DNA from: a bacterium
Lineage (GTDB): Bacteria; UBA8248
Assembly (NCBI GenBank): GCA_965213685.1
Contig: CBDBZY010000064.1
Coordinates: forward strand, 1,184,001 to 1,248,000
Direction: 5' to 3'
DNA length: 64,000 bases
This document shows positions 40,364 to 51,100 of the stretch, one piece after another. Position numbers and translations under genes: made by a program. Each line of letters begins with the position of its first letter. Positions within the stretch are counted from its first letter, which is position 1. Below the pieces are notes generated by a model. That model saw only the letters and a program-made list of their open reading frames with translations. It searched no databases and was not told the origin of the DNA.

Positions 40364-40529
40364 TACTGTACGTGCAATGTATTACTGTTGACACACATTT
40401 CACATGTGTGCTACTTGCATATCGCACACGTGTTGCATGTGTGTGTTTAAGTTGCCTCTAGGAGGGTACTGTACGTGCAATGTATTAATGTTGACAGGGT
40501 ATCACTGAGATGATTGCATTTTGCTACAG

Positions 40530-40732
40530 CTGGAACTTTGGAAAATTTGTATGGTCTCTTTGAGAGCATGCAGAAGGATATCCAACACATGCAGAAGGAA
40601 ATGCAGCGAGTGGATAGAGAAATGCAACATCTAATTCAAAAAGCCAGTGTGCCAGATTCTCAAAATGATCTGGAACAGCCAGCAGAAGCAATTCAGAATA
40701 GAAGATACCTTGCATCTCTGGATGTTGAACAG
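40530..40732 (+). CDS. Host coiled-coil/SAM gene exon D
   Basis: ttttgctacag|CT GGA ACT (phase 1) ... GAA CAG|gtaata. Reads GTLENLYGLFESMQKDIQHMQKEMQRVDREMQHLIQK...IQNRRYLASLDVEQ (coiled coil, then start of SAM). Confidence 0.8.
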
Positions 40733-41159
40733 GTAATATACTCCTTTTGCTGGATGTGGTGTTGGGTGATTCTGCCGTGTGTAGTGAGCCTGCCTTGTCA
40801 AGTTTATTATGTGTGGAGTGTCATTAGTGCCAAAATGATGCTCAAATTATAGCATTTTTTGAGATTTTTATTTTTAAGATGGCACACTCTAGGAAGTGGT
40901 TTTGATAAATTGGTGGTCTGCATCATGCAGAGCAGTACCAGACAGCATGGATTTTCCCAGTGGTCAGTATTGTGGAGTAATTGTGGTGGACTTGCTTGTC
41001 CCCAGCTGCACACTACGGCATCCCCATACTTAATGGGTGTTGTTTTGGAGGTATTGTTAGTTTCTGTTAGTTTTTGCCTGTGTCATTAATTGATTTCAAC
41101 CACCTTTGGCAAAATACTAAGTTGGTAGTCAATTACTACCTATTTCTGGGGTATTCAGA

Positions 41160-42650
41160 CTGAACCAGCTCTAGTGGATGGGCTTGGAGTTGGAAGGCTC
41201 TTGTGTGGTGAATGAAGGGAGCAAATCTCTTCGATAGCCAATCATTATGCCATCACATACGATGACTTCTGGGTTAACTCCACAGAGTGGGCACTGGAAT
41301 GATTGTTCAATTTTGATGTCCAGAAGACGAGCGAACCCATTCCAAGCTTTGCGAAGGAGATGGAGTGGAGTTGGTGGAGTAGTGCTGGATATCTGGTGGT
41401 ACCGAGAGCAGGCTCGCTGACAAGAAACAATAGGGTATTTTTCTTCCAGCATGTTGTGCATGTACCCAAACAGAAAACCATAAAAGAATTAATGGTGATT
41501 GTCGAGATTGAAGAGTAGAAGCTCTTGACCATCGAAATGCTGCTTGCATCCACAGCTACCCTCAGCGGGACAATATCCTGTCTGGATCCTGAATTGTTAC
41601 TGAAGCCTTGTGGATCACCACGTTATGGCTAATCACCCATCCTTCTGCGACTGGATCTCCTGATTTCCACCTGCTTCCATGAGAAACCCTTCTGATGTTT
41701 TGGAACCAGTTCAGTTGGAAACTGCCACGATCCACACTCATGGTCATTGTGTTGTTGCTTTATGGTCATAGGAAGGGGGTATGGAATTTTCTTCATGGAG
41801 ATGTTGCAAAACTCAGCTGGCACTTCAGGAACATGCTCGTGTTCAATGTCAATATCATTGTCCTTGCACCACTCCACATAGGACTCCAAGTGTTGACAGT
41901 GATGTCTAGAGCTGCAAGTCAAACAGTGGACTTTGTACTTTGATGCATGTGGGGATGGTTGGAGAAGGCCAAATGACTGCCCATCATGAACAGCAACTAG
42001 TAGAGGGTCAACCGAGAGCTGGTGGACCTTGATAGCATCATCTTCAGCAACAAGATCTAATGATTAGAAAATATAGAAAGTTACAACAGGTAATCAATAT
42101 AGGAAAGTATGCATCTATCTTACCTGGCTCAAAGGATGGAAACATAAGCTTCTTTACACACTTGTGCATGAGTGTAGTAATGAGATTGCTCCCTCCTGAT
42201 GAAATCTTGTAGGTTTTCAACAAATGTGTTGGTAGCACTCAGACGACCTTTCTGTGAAGAAGCTTGTGAGCATGTGCAGGTATACAACACATCGGAGTGA
42301 TCTTCACTAAAGAAGCAGAGCTTTTGAAGCAAACAGTATCCACACTTAAGCTGTCCATCAGGACCAGCATCTGCCATAGCATAATTGGCATCATCAAGTG
42401 TGAAGTAGCACTTGGTGGCCTCTAGATTTCCTGCATACACCACATCAGGTGGAAGTGTGGCTACTCTTTCACACTGGGGCTTAGTGGGCTGTTCTCGAAC
42501 TTTCTGTATATTGACAGTACAAAAACTGGCTATCTCGAATGCACATGTTGAAATTATCATACCTGTTGTCACCTCTTAGCGCTAAGAGTGGCTGCATTTT
42601 GTGGAGCTTGGGTAGGTCTAACTCGCAGTCCCCTCCCCATCTTCGCTGCA
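41160..42650 (-). pseudogene. KDZ (Kyakuja-Dileera-Zisupton)/HMGXB3-like CxC transposase remnant
   Basis: LLRKAWNGFARLLDIKIEQSFQCPLCGVNPEVIVCDGIMIG (CxC-type F.C..CG..P...DG motif). Upstream Cys/His clusters CGYC...YTCTCS and SRHHCQHL. Frameshifted. Confidence 0.65.
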
Positions 42651-42834
42651 AGGTGTGAGAATGGACACACATACTTCAATGGTCTCACCCACTTTCGGGC
42701 GGGTGCACACGGGGGACTGGGCATGTGCACGCATGCTTCAATTATACGTACGTATGCGTACGTAAAACGACACTGGTACAATCGAGGTGTGAGAGGGAGT
42801 TTGTAGTTTGGTGTTACACACGAGTCACAGCAAA

Positions 42835-43430
42835 ATGGCAACTGTTTGAAAGAAGGACACAACTGCTAGGGACGTAAGAAAGAAATCGATCAAGTAAAGA
42901 AGTATGTCGACCAACTTCGTGATTTAGGAGTGGAGAGCTGCTTCTGCTACACCTCCACAAAAACTGGTGTAATTTTTGCGCACGGAAACCCAAGACTCCA
43001 CGATGTCTTCCCGGCCCAAGCAGCTAATATCACTGGACACATGGATTTTCTCGAAACTGGTGGCAGAGACAAAGAGAACTACATCTTACCACGGTTGCCA
43101 GTGCCTGTGAAAGAAATGAACGGGCCTATGTTGAAAACTGTGGTTATCAATCTAGGGAAGGACCTTGGTGTGTCATTCAAGGACACACAACCTACGTGGT
43201 GGCCAGAGCAGGTGCCCTTCTGCAACCCATGGAAAGGGAGAGACAACTTCGGTAGGTTTTAGATAGAGTGACGTTCATGCCGCTTTTATACTGTAAATCA
43301 TGTTTCTACCTCTCACACATGTGTTTACAGGAGTCTAGGTTGAGGGTCTATGGATGGTTATAATGCAGCTATATGATATGAGTCGCATGGCCTCGATGCC
43401 AATGGGTTTGTAGAGAAGAATGACATCATT
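42835..43430 (+). pseudogene. NRF1/EWG-like DNA-binding-domain ORF, two exons, divergent from the KDZ remnant
   Basis: KKYVDQLRDLGVESCFCYTSTKTGVIFAHGNPRLHDVF...LPRLPVPVKEMNGPMLKTVV...QPTWWPEQVPFCNP. Intron 43252-43330 (GT..AG), then GV*VEGLWMVIMQLY..ESHGLD. Parallels NRF1 LPPL..PVSVDKM...KPIWWPEDIPWAN...WTQALRTIVKNCYKQHG. Confidence 0.65.
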
Positions 43431-43467
43431 GAGTCTAGATGATAAACTACATCATGGGCAACTCCCT

Positions 43468-43545
43468 GTTTACAAAGCAGACCTTACCTTGTACATTTTC
43501 TTGATTACTCTCCACACCTTTCCCCTTACTCCCATTCCCCATACT
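43468..43545 (-). mobile_element. LINE RT fragment (RTEX-like)
   Basis: WGMGVRGKVWRVIKKMY, the RT segment following the AYD motif. Probably the same family as 53030-53590. Confidence 0.55.
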
Positions 43546-44572
43546 GTGAAAAAATAGTAAGAGACGTAAACCCCACGATAGTTGAGAGATTTGACAAGTG
43601 AAAATGTTTTCATACTTGTTTGTGTGGCTTTTTGTTGAACCACAGTATCATACAGGAGGTTGTCGTTCTCTAACTTAAACACGAACACCTTTAGTATGCA
43701 TGTACGTATGATAGTGCGTTTGTGAAAGAGGGGCTGAGCCCCTCAAAACTTAGACTTTAGCTTCTCTGTACAGCAAGAACTCATAGATGAGCTTTTGGGA
43801 TGTATGAGATATATGCTATATCAGAGAGTCAGTAGACTCTTTATGTAGGGATGGCACTGGCCAGCCCATACTGTGCGTACATTGAAAAACCGTCTTAAAT
43901 CGCGAACAGTCGTGTTCTACGCCTTTCTGGACACCTAGCTCTCCTATTTCAATGTTTCTCTAGAGACCCAATGATACCCCTCAAGTAGCTAAAGTGCATC
44001 CCTAGACTTACTGCCAGGAAATGGGTAAACTGGTGATTTGTTTTTCTTTCTTCTTCTTAAGAGATTTCTTTCAAATGACTTTTCTCAAAACTAGCAGAAG
44101 TAGTCACCGTAGTTCTTTACAGAACAACTGTAATCACTACCACATATGATCTGCCTTAACAGCGTCTTAGCATCTTCTCAAACACGTATGCAGAAAGTAG
44201 AAGCACTGGACAACATGCCCATATTTGGAAGCCATTTTGGAATAATTGTTGCATGACACAAGTTGCAAGCACATGAGGGCTGGTGGCGTCACACTTGCAT
44301 GGTGCAATTGCGCAAAGCCACGCCCTAGTAATATCTCCCAAATGAAAGCTACATACTACTATAGTTGAGTGGCCTGTGTTTCAGCAGTATCTTACTTCAA
44401 TGTTGTTTCACAGTCGGTAGACTGTTCGTGTAGGGATGGCGCTGATGCACTAATTGTGTGTGTAGTCTACACACAAAAGCGTTCTTAACTAGTGGAGGCT
44501 TGTGTTCTCTTCAAGCCCCTCTGAGCACCAAACAGCATAATTCCACTGAGCATCTTTCTACTAAACCATTAA

Positions 44573-46029
44573 GGTATGACAGGAGTTTACGTTTAGCCCA
44601 GGATGTTGCGGCATAGAACAGCTCTATTCTTCACGTGCTACATGCAATTGATATCAAATTTGAGCTACAACCAGTCCAGCCTGCCTACTTCAAGTATTTT
44701 AGTTCTCAAGGTCAACAGAAAATGATGGAGAAGGTTTGAGTACCAGATGGAATGTAATTAAATTTTGCTCTCTTGCATGATAACTCTGTGGAAGAACACA
44801 TTATGAACTCTAGTTCGCAGCATGATCATTCATGCATAACTAGGTAACTTTTCATCGCAGGCCGCCTTGTACAGTGAAGTTCAGTCTCGTCCGCCTTTTG
44901 CAATATATTTCACCCATAACATTTGCGCAACACATCAATTTGTCTAAAATGTATGGGCGACAGTGGCGGCCTGCGATACACACGTGTACGTGACCTTCGA
45001 GAGTTTGTGTACCAAGTTTGAGACGCTGCTTTTACTTCTAGAGCATGCAATGCTCAAATGAGTCCACCCTCAAAAAATGTAGCGTACATTGATCTACCTT
45101 TTCTCACTGAAAAGTGAATTTAGCGATGCTTCTCATGGAAAGCAGCTAACGATCAACGACGGCAAGGATCGACAAGCCTACAAGCGCTACCATCACTTCT
45201 GATGTTACGGGCCTGGGCTAAAAATAGCGTAGCCAAGTGCACGTGGCTAGCTAGCCTAGCCTAGCCAGCCCCTCCCCCTCACGTGGCAACCCAGTAAATG
45301 CAAACCACAAACATCCATTGATATGCACGTGTCCCAGATGCAATGGCTACCTCTAGTTGTCGAAGCTTGTCCGTCCCTTCCGCCTTACACGCGAAGCGTG
45401 GAGTAGGCTACTCGTCCAGATTCCGTGTATCCAAAGAACTTCCACCAGGCTGGCGTCAGGAGCAGAAGAGCCCAAAGTACACCGTGTGGTACGATGATAA
45501 GGGAATCACTACAAGTCGAGCGTGGAACTCAAGCACACTTTGCGAGAACAGGGCCTACTTACGGACGTCAGTGAGGTTGAAACAGAGACTGAAACTGGTG
45601 GAGAGACCTCTGGAGAGATGGGGAGCAATTATACCTGTCTAAGAACCTTATACTTGTGTGCTTACCCATTTGTCTGAAAAGCAGACTGTAGGTGCAGTAG
45701 TGCAGCCTCTAGCGGAAGATCAGTTGTCGACAATGCACCAGCACTAGCCATAGTAAACTTGTAAGTGCTACACGCGGCGCAGTGTACGCAATGTACCCAT
45801 GTGGAATCAAACGCACAATGTTATGTAATCTTGTTATGATTACTGTGATAACAATAGCGTGTAGAATGTAATTACAATGTATCTCTACAGCGCATTGTCA
45901 AGGGGATAGATCTGAAACGCTTTCACTGCGTGCACTTTCACTGTAGTTTCGGTATAGCACCAGACACTGTATATCATACCTCCAACTTTCAGTCACTTCC
46001 CTGGGATCAACCTAAACTCCTGTCATACC
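44573..46029. mobile_element. Kolobok-type non-autonomous DNA transposon (TTAA TSD, GG..CC termini) carrying an MBD-like ORF
   Basis: TTAA|GGTATGACAGGAGTTTA (44569-44589) and TAAACTCCTGTCATACC|TTAA (46013-46033): a perfect 17-bp TIR that extends imperfectly to about 30 bp. Confidence 0.85.
45343..45642 (+). pseudogene. MBD (methyl-CpG-binding domain)-like ORF, 1-nt frameshift
   Basis: ELPPGWRQEQKSPKYTVWYDDKG, then after a 1-nt shift HYKSSVELKHTLREQGLLTDVSEVETETET. Matches the MBD pattern LP.GW..E...V.Y....G..FRS..EL...L. Confidence 0.6.
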
Positions 46030-46302
46030 TTAAGAGGACACCCAAGAATCAAAACTGCATCACTGAGCTTCACTTCCAGGTAGCAATTTGTCACAGGTGA
46101 ACAGTGCTATAATCCAGTCATACATGTACTTGGGAGCCACTGATTTTGTAAGGAGTCAGTAGTTTCTCTGAGGCTATGTACATGTATAGGGATGGCGCCG
46201 ACTGGCCCATAGTGCATGTACATTCTATACAGACCTGTGTGGCTAGGTATACTCATATCTAAACTTGACAAACTATTCACTAGCCAAAGTGATAAAATGA
46301 GA

Positions 46303-46345
46303 GCCAAACGTTTCGACCACTCTCCAGTGGTCATTCTCAGTGGCA
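46303..46345 (-). ncRNA. Hammerhead ribozyme copy in the inverted pLTR (core mutated)
   Basis: Minus strand GCCA-CTGAGAA-TGACCACT-GGAG-AGTGGTC-GAAACGTT-TGGC. CUGANGA has become CUGAGAA. Confidence 0.6.
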
Positions 46346-46507
46346 ATGCAGAGGTACAACACAAACGCACACTATATACAAGTACAAAATGGAAATAGAT
46401 GGACAAATGAATACCAATGGTTGTGAAGGTAACAGAGCTCATGCACAAACCATACAACCCCACATCATGATGAGGTTGCAAGGACCCGACTGGCTCAGGA
46501 CACTTCC

Positions 46508-47323
46508 TTGTGTGACTGTACGTGTCTCACAGCAGATGAAGTCACAATGCTACTGAGCTTCTGTCTGAATCCCACATATTGTGCATTTGCTGGCCAGTTC
46601 TTCAAGCAAAGTTTTGGCACAGCCATGGGTTCTCCAGTATCGGATAAGTATTTACATTTTACATCCCACCATCCCATTGCTCACAAGCTGTCGGTCGTGA
46701 GGACTCTCTTATCGCAAGTAGAGAAATTGTGTACATCTGAAGATGACAAACAAGAAGAAATTGCACATGTCAGAAAGTCATTGCGTATGAATGGCTATCC
46801 AGCTAGCATAGTTAAGAGGAGGTATCTCAACCACAATCAGCCACTTGTTGAGAGGGAGAATCCCAAAGCCAGAGTTGTGTTGCCCTACGTGAGAGGTCTC
46901 TCCGAGTCCATCCGTAGGGTCTTGGCTACGGTTAACGTATGGACGTCCCTTAGATCTCTGCGTGATGTTTTGATCCATCCGAAAGATCCGGTGCCACCTG
47001 AGGAGAAGAAAGGAGTGGTGTATAGGATACCGTGCGCAGAATGTGACATGACTTACGTCGGTCAAACCGGCAGGACTTCGAATCTTCGGAAAAAGGAGCA
47101 TTTCAGAGCCTTAAGGAATGTAGATCCTTCGACATCCGCGGTTGCTGAACATGCCCTCCAGAATGGTCACGACATAGCGCAGAGTGATGCACAAGTGTTG
47201 GCGTCGAATTCTTGCTCCACCCAGAGATGTGCTATTGAGGCTTGGTACATCAGATTCGAATCCAGACCTATGAATAGAGAGACTGGTTGTTTGCCTGTTG
47301 TTTATGACACTCTCATTCGTTAA
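46508..47323 (+). pseudogene. Penelope RT remnant plus GIY-YIG endonuclease
   Basis: QSFGTAMGSPVS/DKYLHFTSHHP (YVDD region deleted) ... GVVYRIPCAECDMTYVGQTGR...RKKEH...SAVAEHA...EAWYI...MNRETG. Confidence 0.92.
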
Positions 47324-47448
47324 TCATGATGTGGTGTTGTATTATTTGTGCATGAGCTCTGTTACCTTCACAACCATTGGTATTCATTTGTCCATCTATT
47401 TCCGTTTTTGACTTGTATATAGTGTGCGTTTGTGTTGTACCCCTGCAT

Positions 47449-47489
47449 AGCCACTGAGGATGACCGCTGGAGTGGTCGAAACATTTGGC
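47449..47489 (+). ncRNA. Minimal hammerhead ribozyme in the Penelope pLTR
   Basis: GCCA-CTGAGGA-TGACC-GCTGGAGT-GGTC-GAAAC-ATT-TGGC: CUGANGA and GAAA cores, stem II, and GCCA/TGGC stem I. Confidence 0.75.
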
Positions 47490-48072
47490 TCTCATTTTAT
47501 CACTTTGGCTAGTGAATAGTTTGTCAAGTTTAGTTAGTGCATGTACATGTACATACACAAGCCTACTAAACTCCCCTGCGTTAGCATTTTGGGCTGTTAT
47601 AGGCACTTACCTACCCTTTTTCAGCATTTTCTACCCAAAGATATGTACTTCCCAAGTAGCTAAGGTCTAACATTTGAGGGGCTCAGCCCCTTTTTCACAA
47701 ACATGCTATCATACATGTATACTAAAGGTGTTGGTGCTTCACTTAGAGGACAACAACTTCCTGTATGGTACTGTGGTACAACAGAATAGCACACAACAAG
47801 TATGAAAAACATTTTCCAAAAATGTAGAGGGATGTTGGGATGACAGTGCCTAAAACCACACAAACTAGTTATATGGATGGCAGTGTGCAGGCAACACACA
47901 GGTAACCTCATCCCTACATCCCTTTTTCAATACAACATGCATCTGAGCTTGGATGGCAGTGTGCAGGCAACACACAAGTAACCTCATCCCTACATCCCTT
48001 TTTCAATAGAGCATGTACGTATCTAAGCTTTTTTGTCAGATTACTGGAAACAGCTTTGTGTGGATAACAAAA

Positions 48073-48626
48073 AATGAAAAGCACTAAAGTGAAAACCCTC
48101 GGCACAGTTACACAGCATGCTACAACAGCTTGCACAGATGATACAAGCATTGCTGGTTTAATACTCAATTGGGCTATAGTGTAGTGTCTTGCCTTGTCTT
48201 TCATGCTGTAGAGTCTGTGCACGTACGCACGTGTGCACATACTATAGCCCTGTACCCAGGCTAGGCCCTCTCCTGCACGCGGAATCATACAGATGACCTT
48301 TGTCCCCATAAGATAGTGTGCATAACACGTAAGCAAACGTGTAACGGAGAGTATATGAAACATTGCACGTAAATAGCACGTCAAGACAAAATGGCCATCC
48401 TCACCAAGGTAAGTAAAAGTGCTCAAACTTTCGAACCAGGCATGTTTAGGAAAATTACAATTGCCTCAAATCCGACACTTAACACATGGTATCTTTGGTT
48501 TTACTTGTGATTGCGTGCTGCCAGAATAGCGTGCAGATGTACAGACAGACAGACACCCACACACACACACACACACACACAGAACAACTACTGTAACCCT
48601 TGCTGCACGTGCACACCGAGGGTTAA
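48073..48626 (-). mobile_element. HINE-like element, copy 6, inserted in the centre of a family-B palindrome
   Basis: AATGAAAAGCACTAAAGTG...(CA)n...AACCCTTGCTGCACGTGCACACCGAGGGTTAA. Family-B arms lie on both sides (47810-48060, 48627-48772). Confidence 0.75.
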
Positions 48627-49137
48627 CGATGTAGGGATAGGGTTTCGTACTTGTGTAGTCCTCTGTGTTACCTGCACATTGCCATTCATGTATGCACCTA
48701 GTTTGTGTGGTTTTTGGCACTGCCATCTCTACATCCCTCTACATTTTTGGAAGATGATTTTTCATACTTGTAAAAGTGTGTGTGTGTGTGTGTGTGTGTG
48801 TGAGTGAGTGATGCGATGTATACCTGCATGGCATAGAGTTTATACATGAATATTTATAGTCCCATGTGTTTGCCTACAAGGTACGTACATATGTGTGAAC
48901 AAACTTTACAGACCAAACATTACATGGTGTATGTTCAAGGCTTCTCTGTGTACAGAACCATACAACGTATGTAGCTGCTACTGTACTCTGACGAGACTCT
49001 GGGTAACACATGGACCCTCAAACCCAAGAATGAATTAAAGTAGTCGCCCTCGAAGAATACCCACTATACAGTAGTTCTGGTGTGTGATTCATGTATGTAT
49101 ATAGTTGGTATATCATTATGTTTTGTAATGTGCATAG

Positions 49138-49257
49138 ATAATCAACCTCTTGAAGACAATGGGACTACAGCAGCACAAAGAGAAGTTCATGCAGGAAATG
49201 ATTAGTGGTGAAGTCTTGCTGCAATGTGATGATCAAATGTTAGAGACTGAACTGGAG
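49138..49257 (+). CDS. Host gene exon E (SAM domain core)
   Basis: tgcatag|ATA ATC ... CTG GAG|gtacgt. 120 nt, phase 0-0, reading IINLLKTMGLQQHKEKFMQEMISGEVLLQCDDQMLETELE (SAM consensus L..LGL.QY...F....I.G..LL......L..L). Confidence 0.88.
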
Positions 49258-49859
49258 GTACGTACGTGTGTTTGTACATCATATGTATGTACATAACATA
49301 GGAAAAAGAATGTTCAGGCTAACAGGTTAGCCAATGTGAGTCACCCACTGTACAGAATACCTGTTGGTCAAACTTCAACAGCTGTGTTGTGTGGGCCAGG
49401 AATTTGAGCATTTCACTTTTCACATGTACAGTACTGACAGCTGTACCCTGACTAGTTGCACTCCTATTATGTAGCTTCAAGTCAGAACCATTGCTACTTC
49501 TAAAGAAAAAAGATATGCTAACATTATATGTACGTAACCCACTTGGACCTGGCATGGTAGTCAAGGAGTCCGATAACAAGGCGTACAGCTCATGTATTTT
49601 CACTGACATTTGAGTTTACAGAATACTAGTGCACTGTGATGGACCTGCATGCAAGAATGATAAAGCAATTGCCTTCTTACGTTACTGACGACAATGACAC
49701 AAAGCAATGGTGAGTACAACTGACACACGACATTCACTACCAAGACAGACTCATGCACCACACTGACATACAACCTGATTGACCTCCTAATCTGCGAGTC
49801 CTCTAATCACAACACTCAAATCTAACACTACCAAATGTGGTATGCACACACACAATGAC

Positions 49860-51100
49860 AGTAAGAGTCCACCACATCCTTTTGCACATCAAACTTGTTC
49901 AATTAATGGAATCACCACTCACGGGGAAAGTCCGTCAGCATTGGTTCAGTACCACCCCTAAACTGTGATCAGAAGCATCTGTTTGCAACAAGAACAGTTT
50001 GTGTAACAGGTGTCGAATACAGGGCTAGCTTCTTGAGGTGGGCAGGAAGACCAGCACTTCATCTCCTGACTGAAAAGATCTCTTACACATGCTGTTCTGT
50101 CATACATACCATGTTTTCTGGCATGTTTGAGCTTCCCTGCCACACAGTATCTCGAAAGGGGATAATCCAGTCAATTCCTGAGGGACCTCCCAGTATGCAA
50201 ACAACAGGTAGAGAACTAACCGTCTCAGTTCGTGCCCTCTGATGCTGTCTTGTGCAACATGCTATCGAGCGTTTGATTGAAACATTCCACAAAACCGTCG
50301 CTTTGGGGATGGTATGGACTGGTATGAAGCCCCTCAATGTGCAGCAGTTGATACAGCACTTTCAGTAGCTGTCCTCAAAAGTTTCAAACACCTCCATCAG
50401 CTCTTCTGCAATGGTAGGGGCGTCAATTGTTCGTAATGGGACTGCTTCAGGTACCATTCCATAGTTGCAGATCATGAGCACATACTGATTCTCTGCCACA
50501 ATATCCCTTGTGATTCTTGAAAATGGCTCAGTGACTACAGACAAGGGATCATGAGGGCTCAAGGAACCTTGTGTTTCCTGAACTTCTGGCACTTCTCACA
50601 ACTACAGCAGAATGCACCAATGTCCCTGTGCATCGTAGGCCAGTAGAATCTCTGGCACATTCTTTGTGTGGTATTTTTCCTTCCCAAGTGCCCAGCTGGT
50701 GGGACACAAGTGGGCCACCTCAATTACTTTCTTTCGATTACCCATGAGTGAGAACCAGCTGATTAACCACTTCTCCATCACTGGACTCCTTTTTCTGAAG
50801 TAGGAGTGGGTTGCAGTTGAGGTATTCTGCTCAGCCAGGCTCCTGGCAACCTCCATTGTCACATTATCTTGCATTCTCTGCAACTCACTTCCTGTAATGC
50901 CCAGTTGCGACCCAGACTCCACTCTCTCTTGTTTTGGGTGGTCATTAGCCCTGATAAGACCTCTTCTTGTCTGTCCTGTTGTTTCTCTCGTCGGGTAGGC
51001 ACACTCACATTGGGAGTTCTACAAAGATATTTTCAGCTAGGCCACTGTCAAACACCTCCTCAGATCCAGGATGACTGGAGTCATCGGCACCCACTGAGTC
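49860..51100 (-). mobile_element. Ty3/Gypsy pol remnant (integrase, RNase H pieces)
   Basis: RKKVIEVAH; EPFSRITRDIV..NQYVLMICNY..PEAVPLRTIDAPTIAEEL; DASDHSLGVVL. Heavily degenerate. Confidence 0.75.

Larger units (their letters stand above)
46258..47535 (+). mobile_element. Penelope-like element, 5'-truncated, with inverted pseudo-LTR copies at both ends
   Basis: 46258-46475 is the reverse complement of 47322-47535. The internal ORF has the RT end and a GIY-YIG endonuclease. Confidence 0.92.

Noticed and set aside
48985-49030. Hammerhead-like CTGACGA motif
   Set aside because: No GAAA core and no convincing stems.
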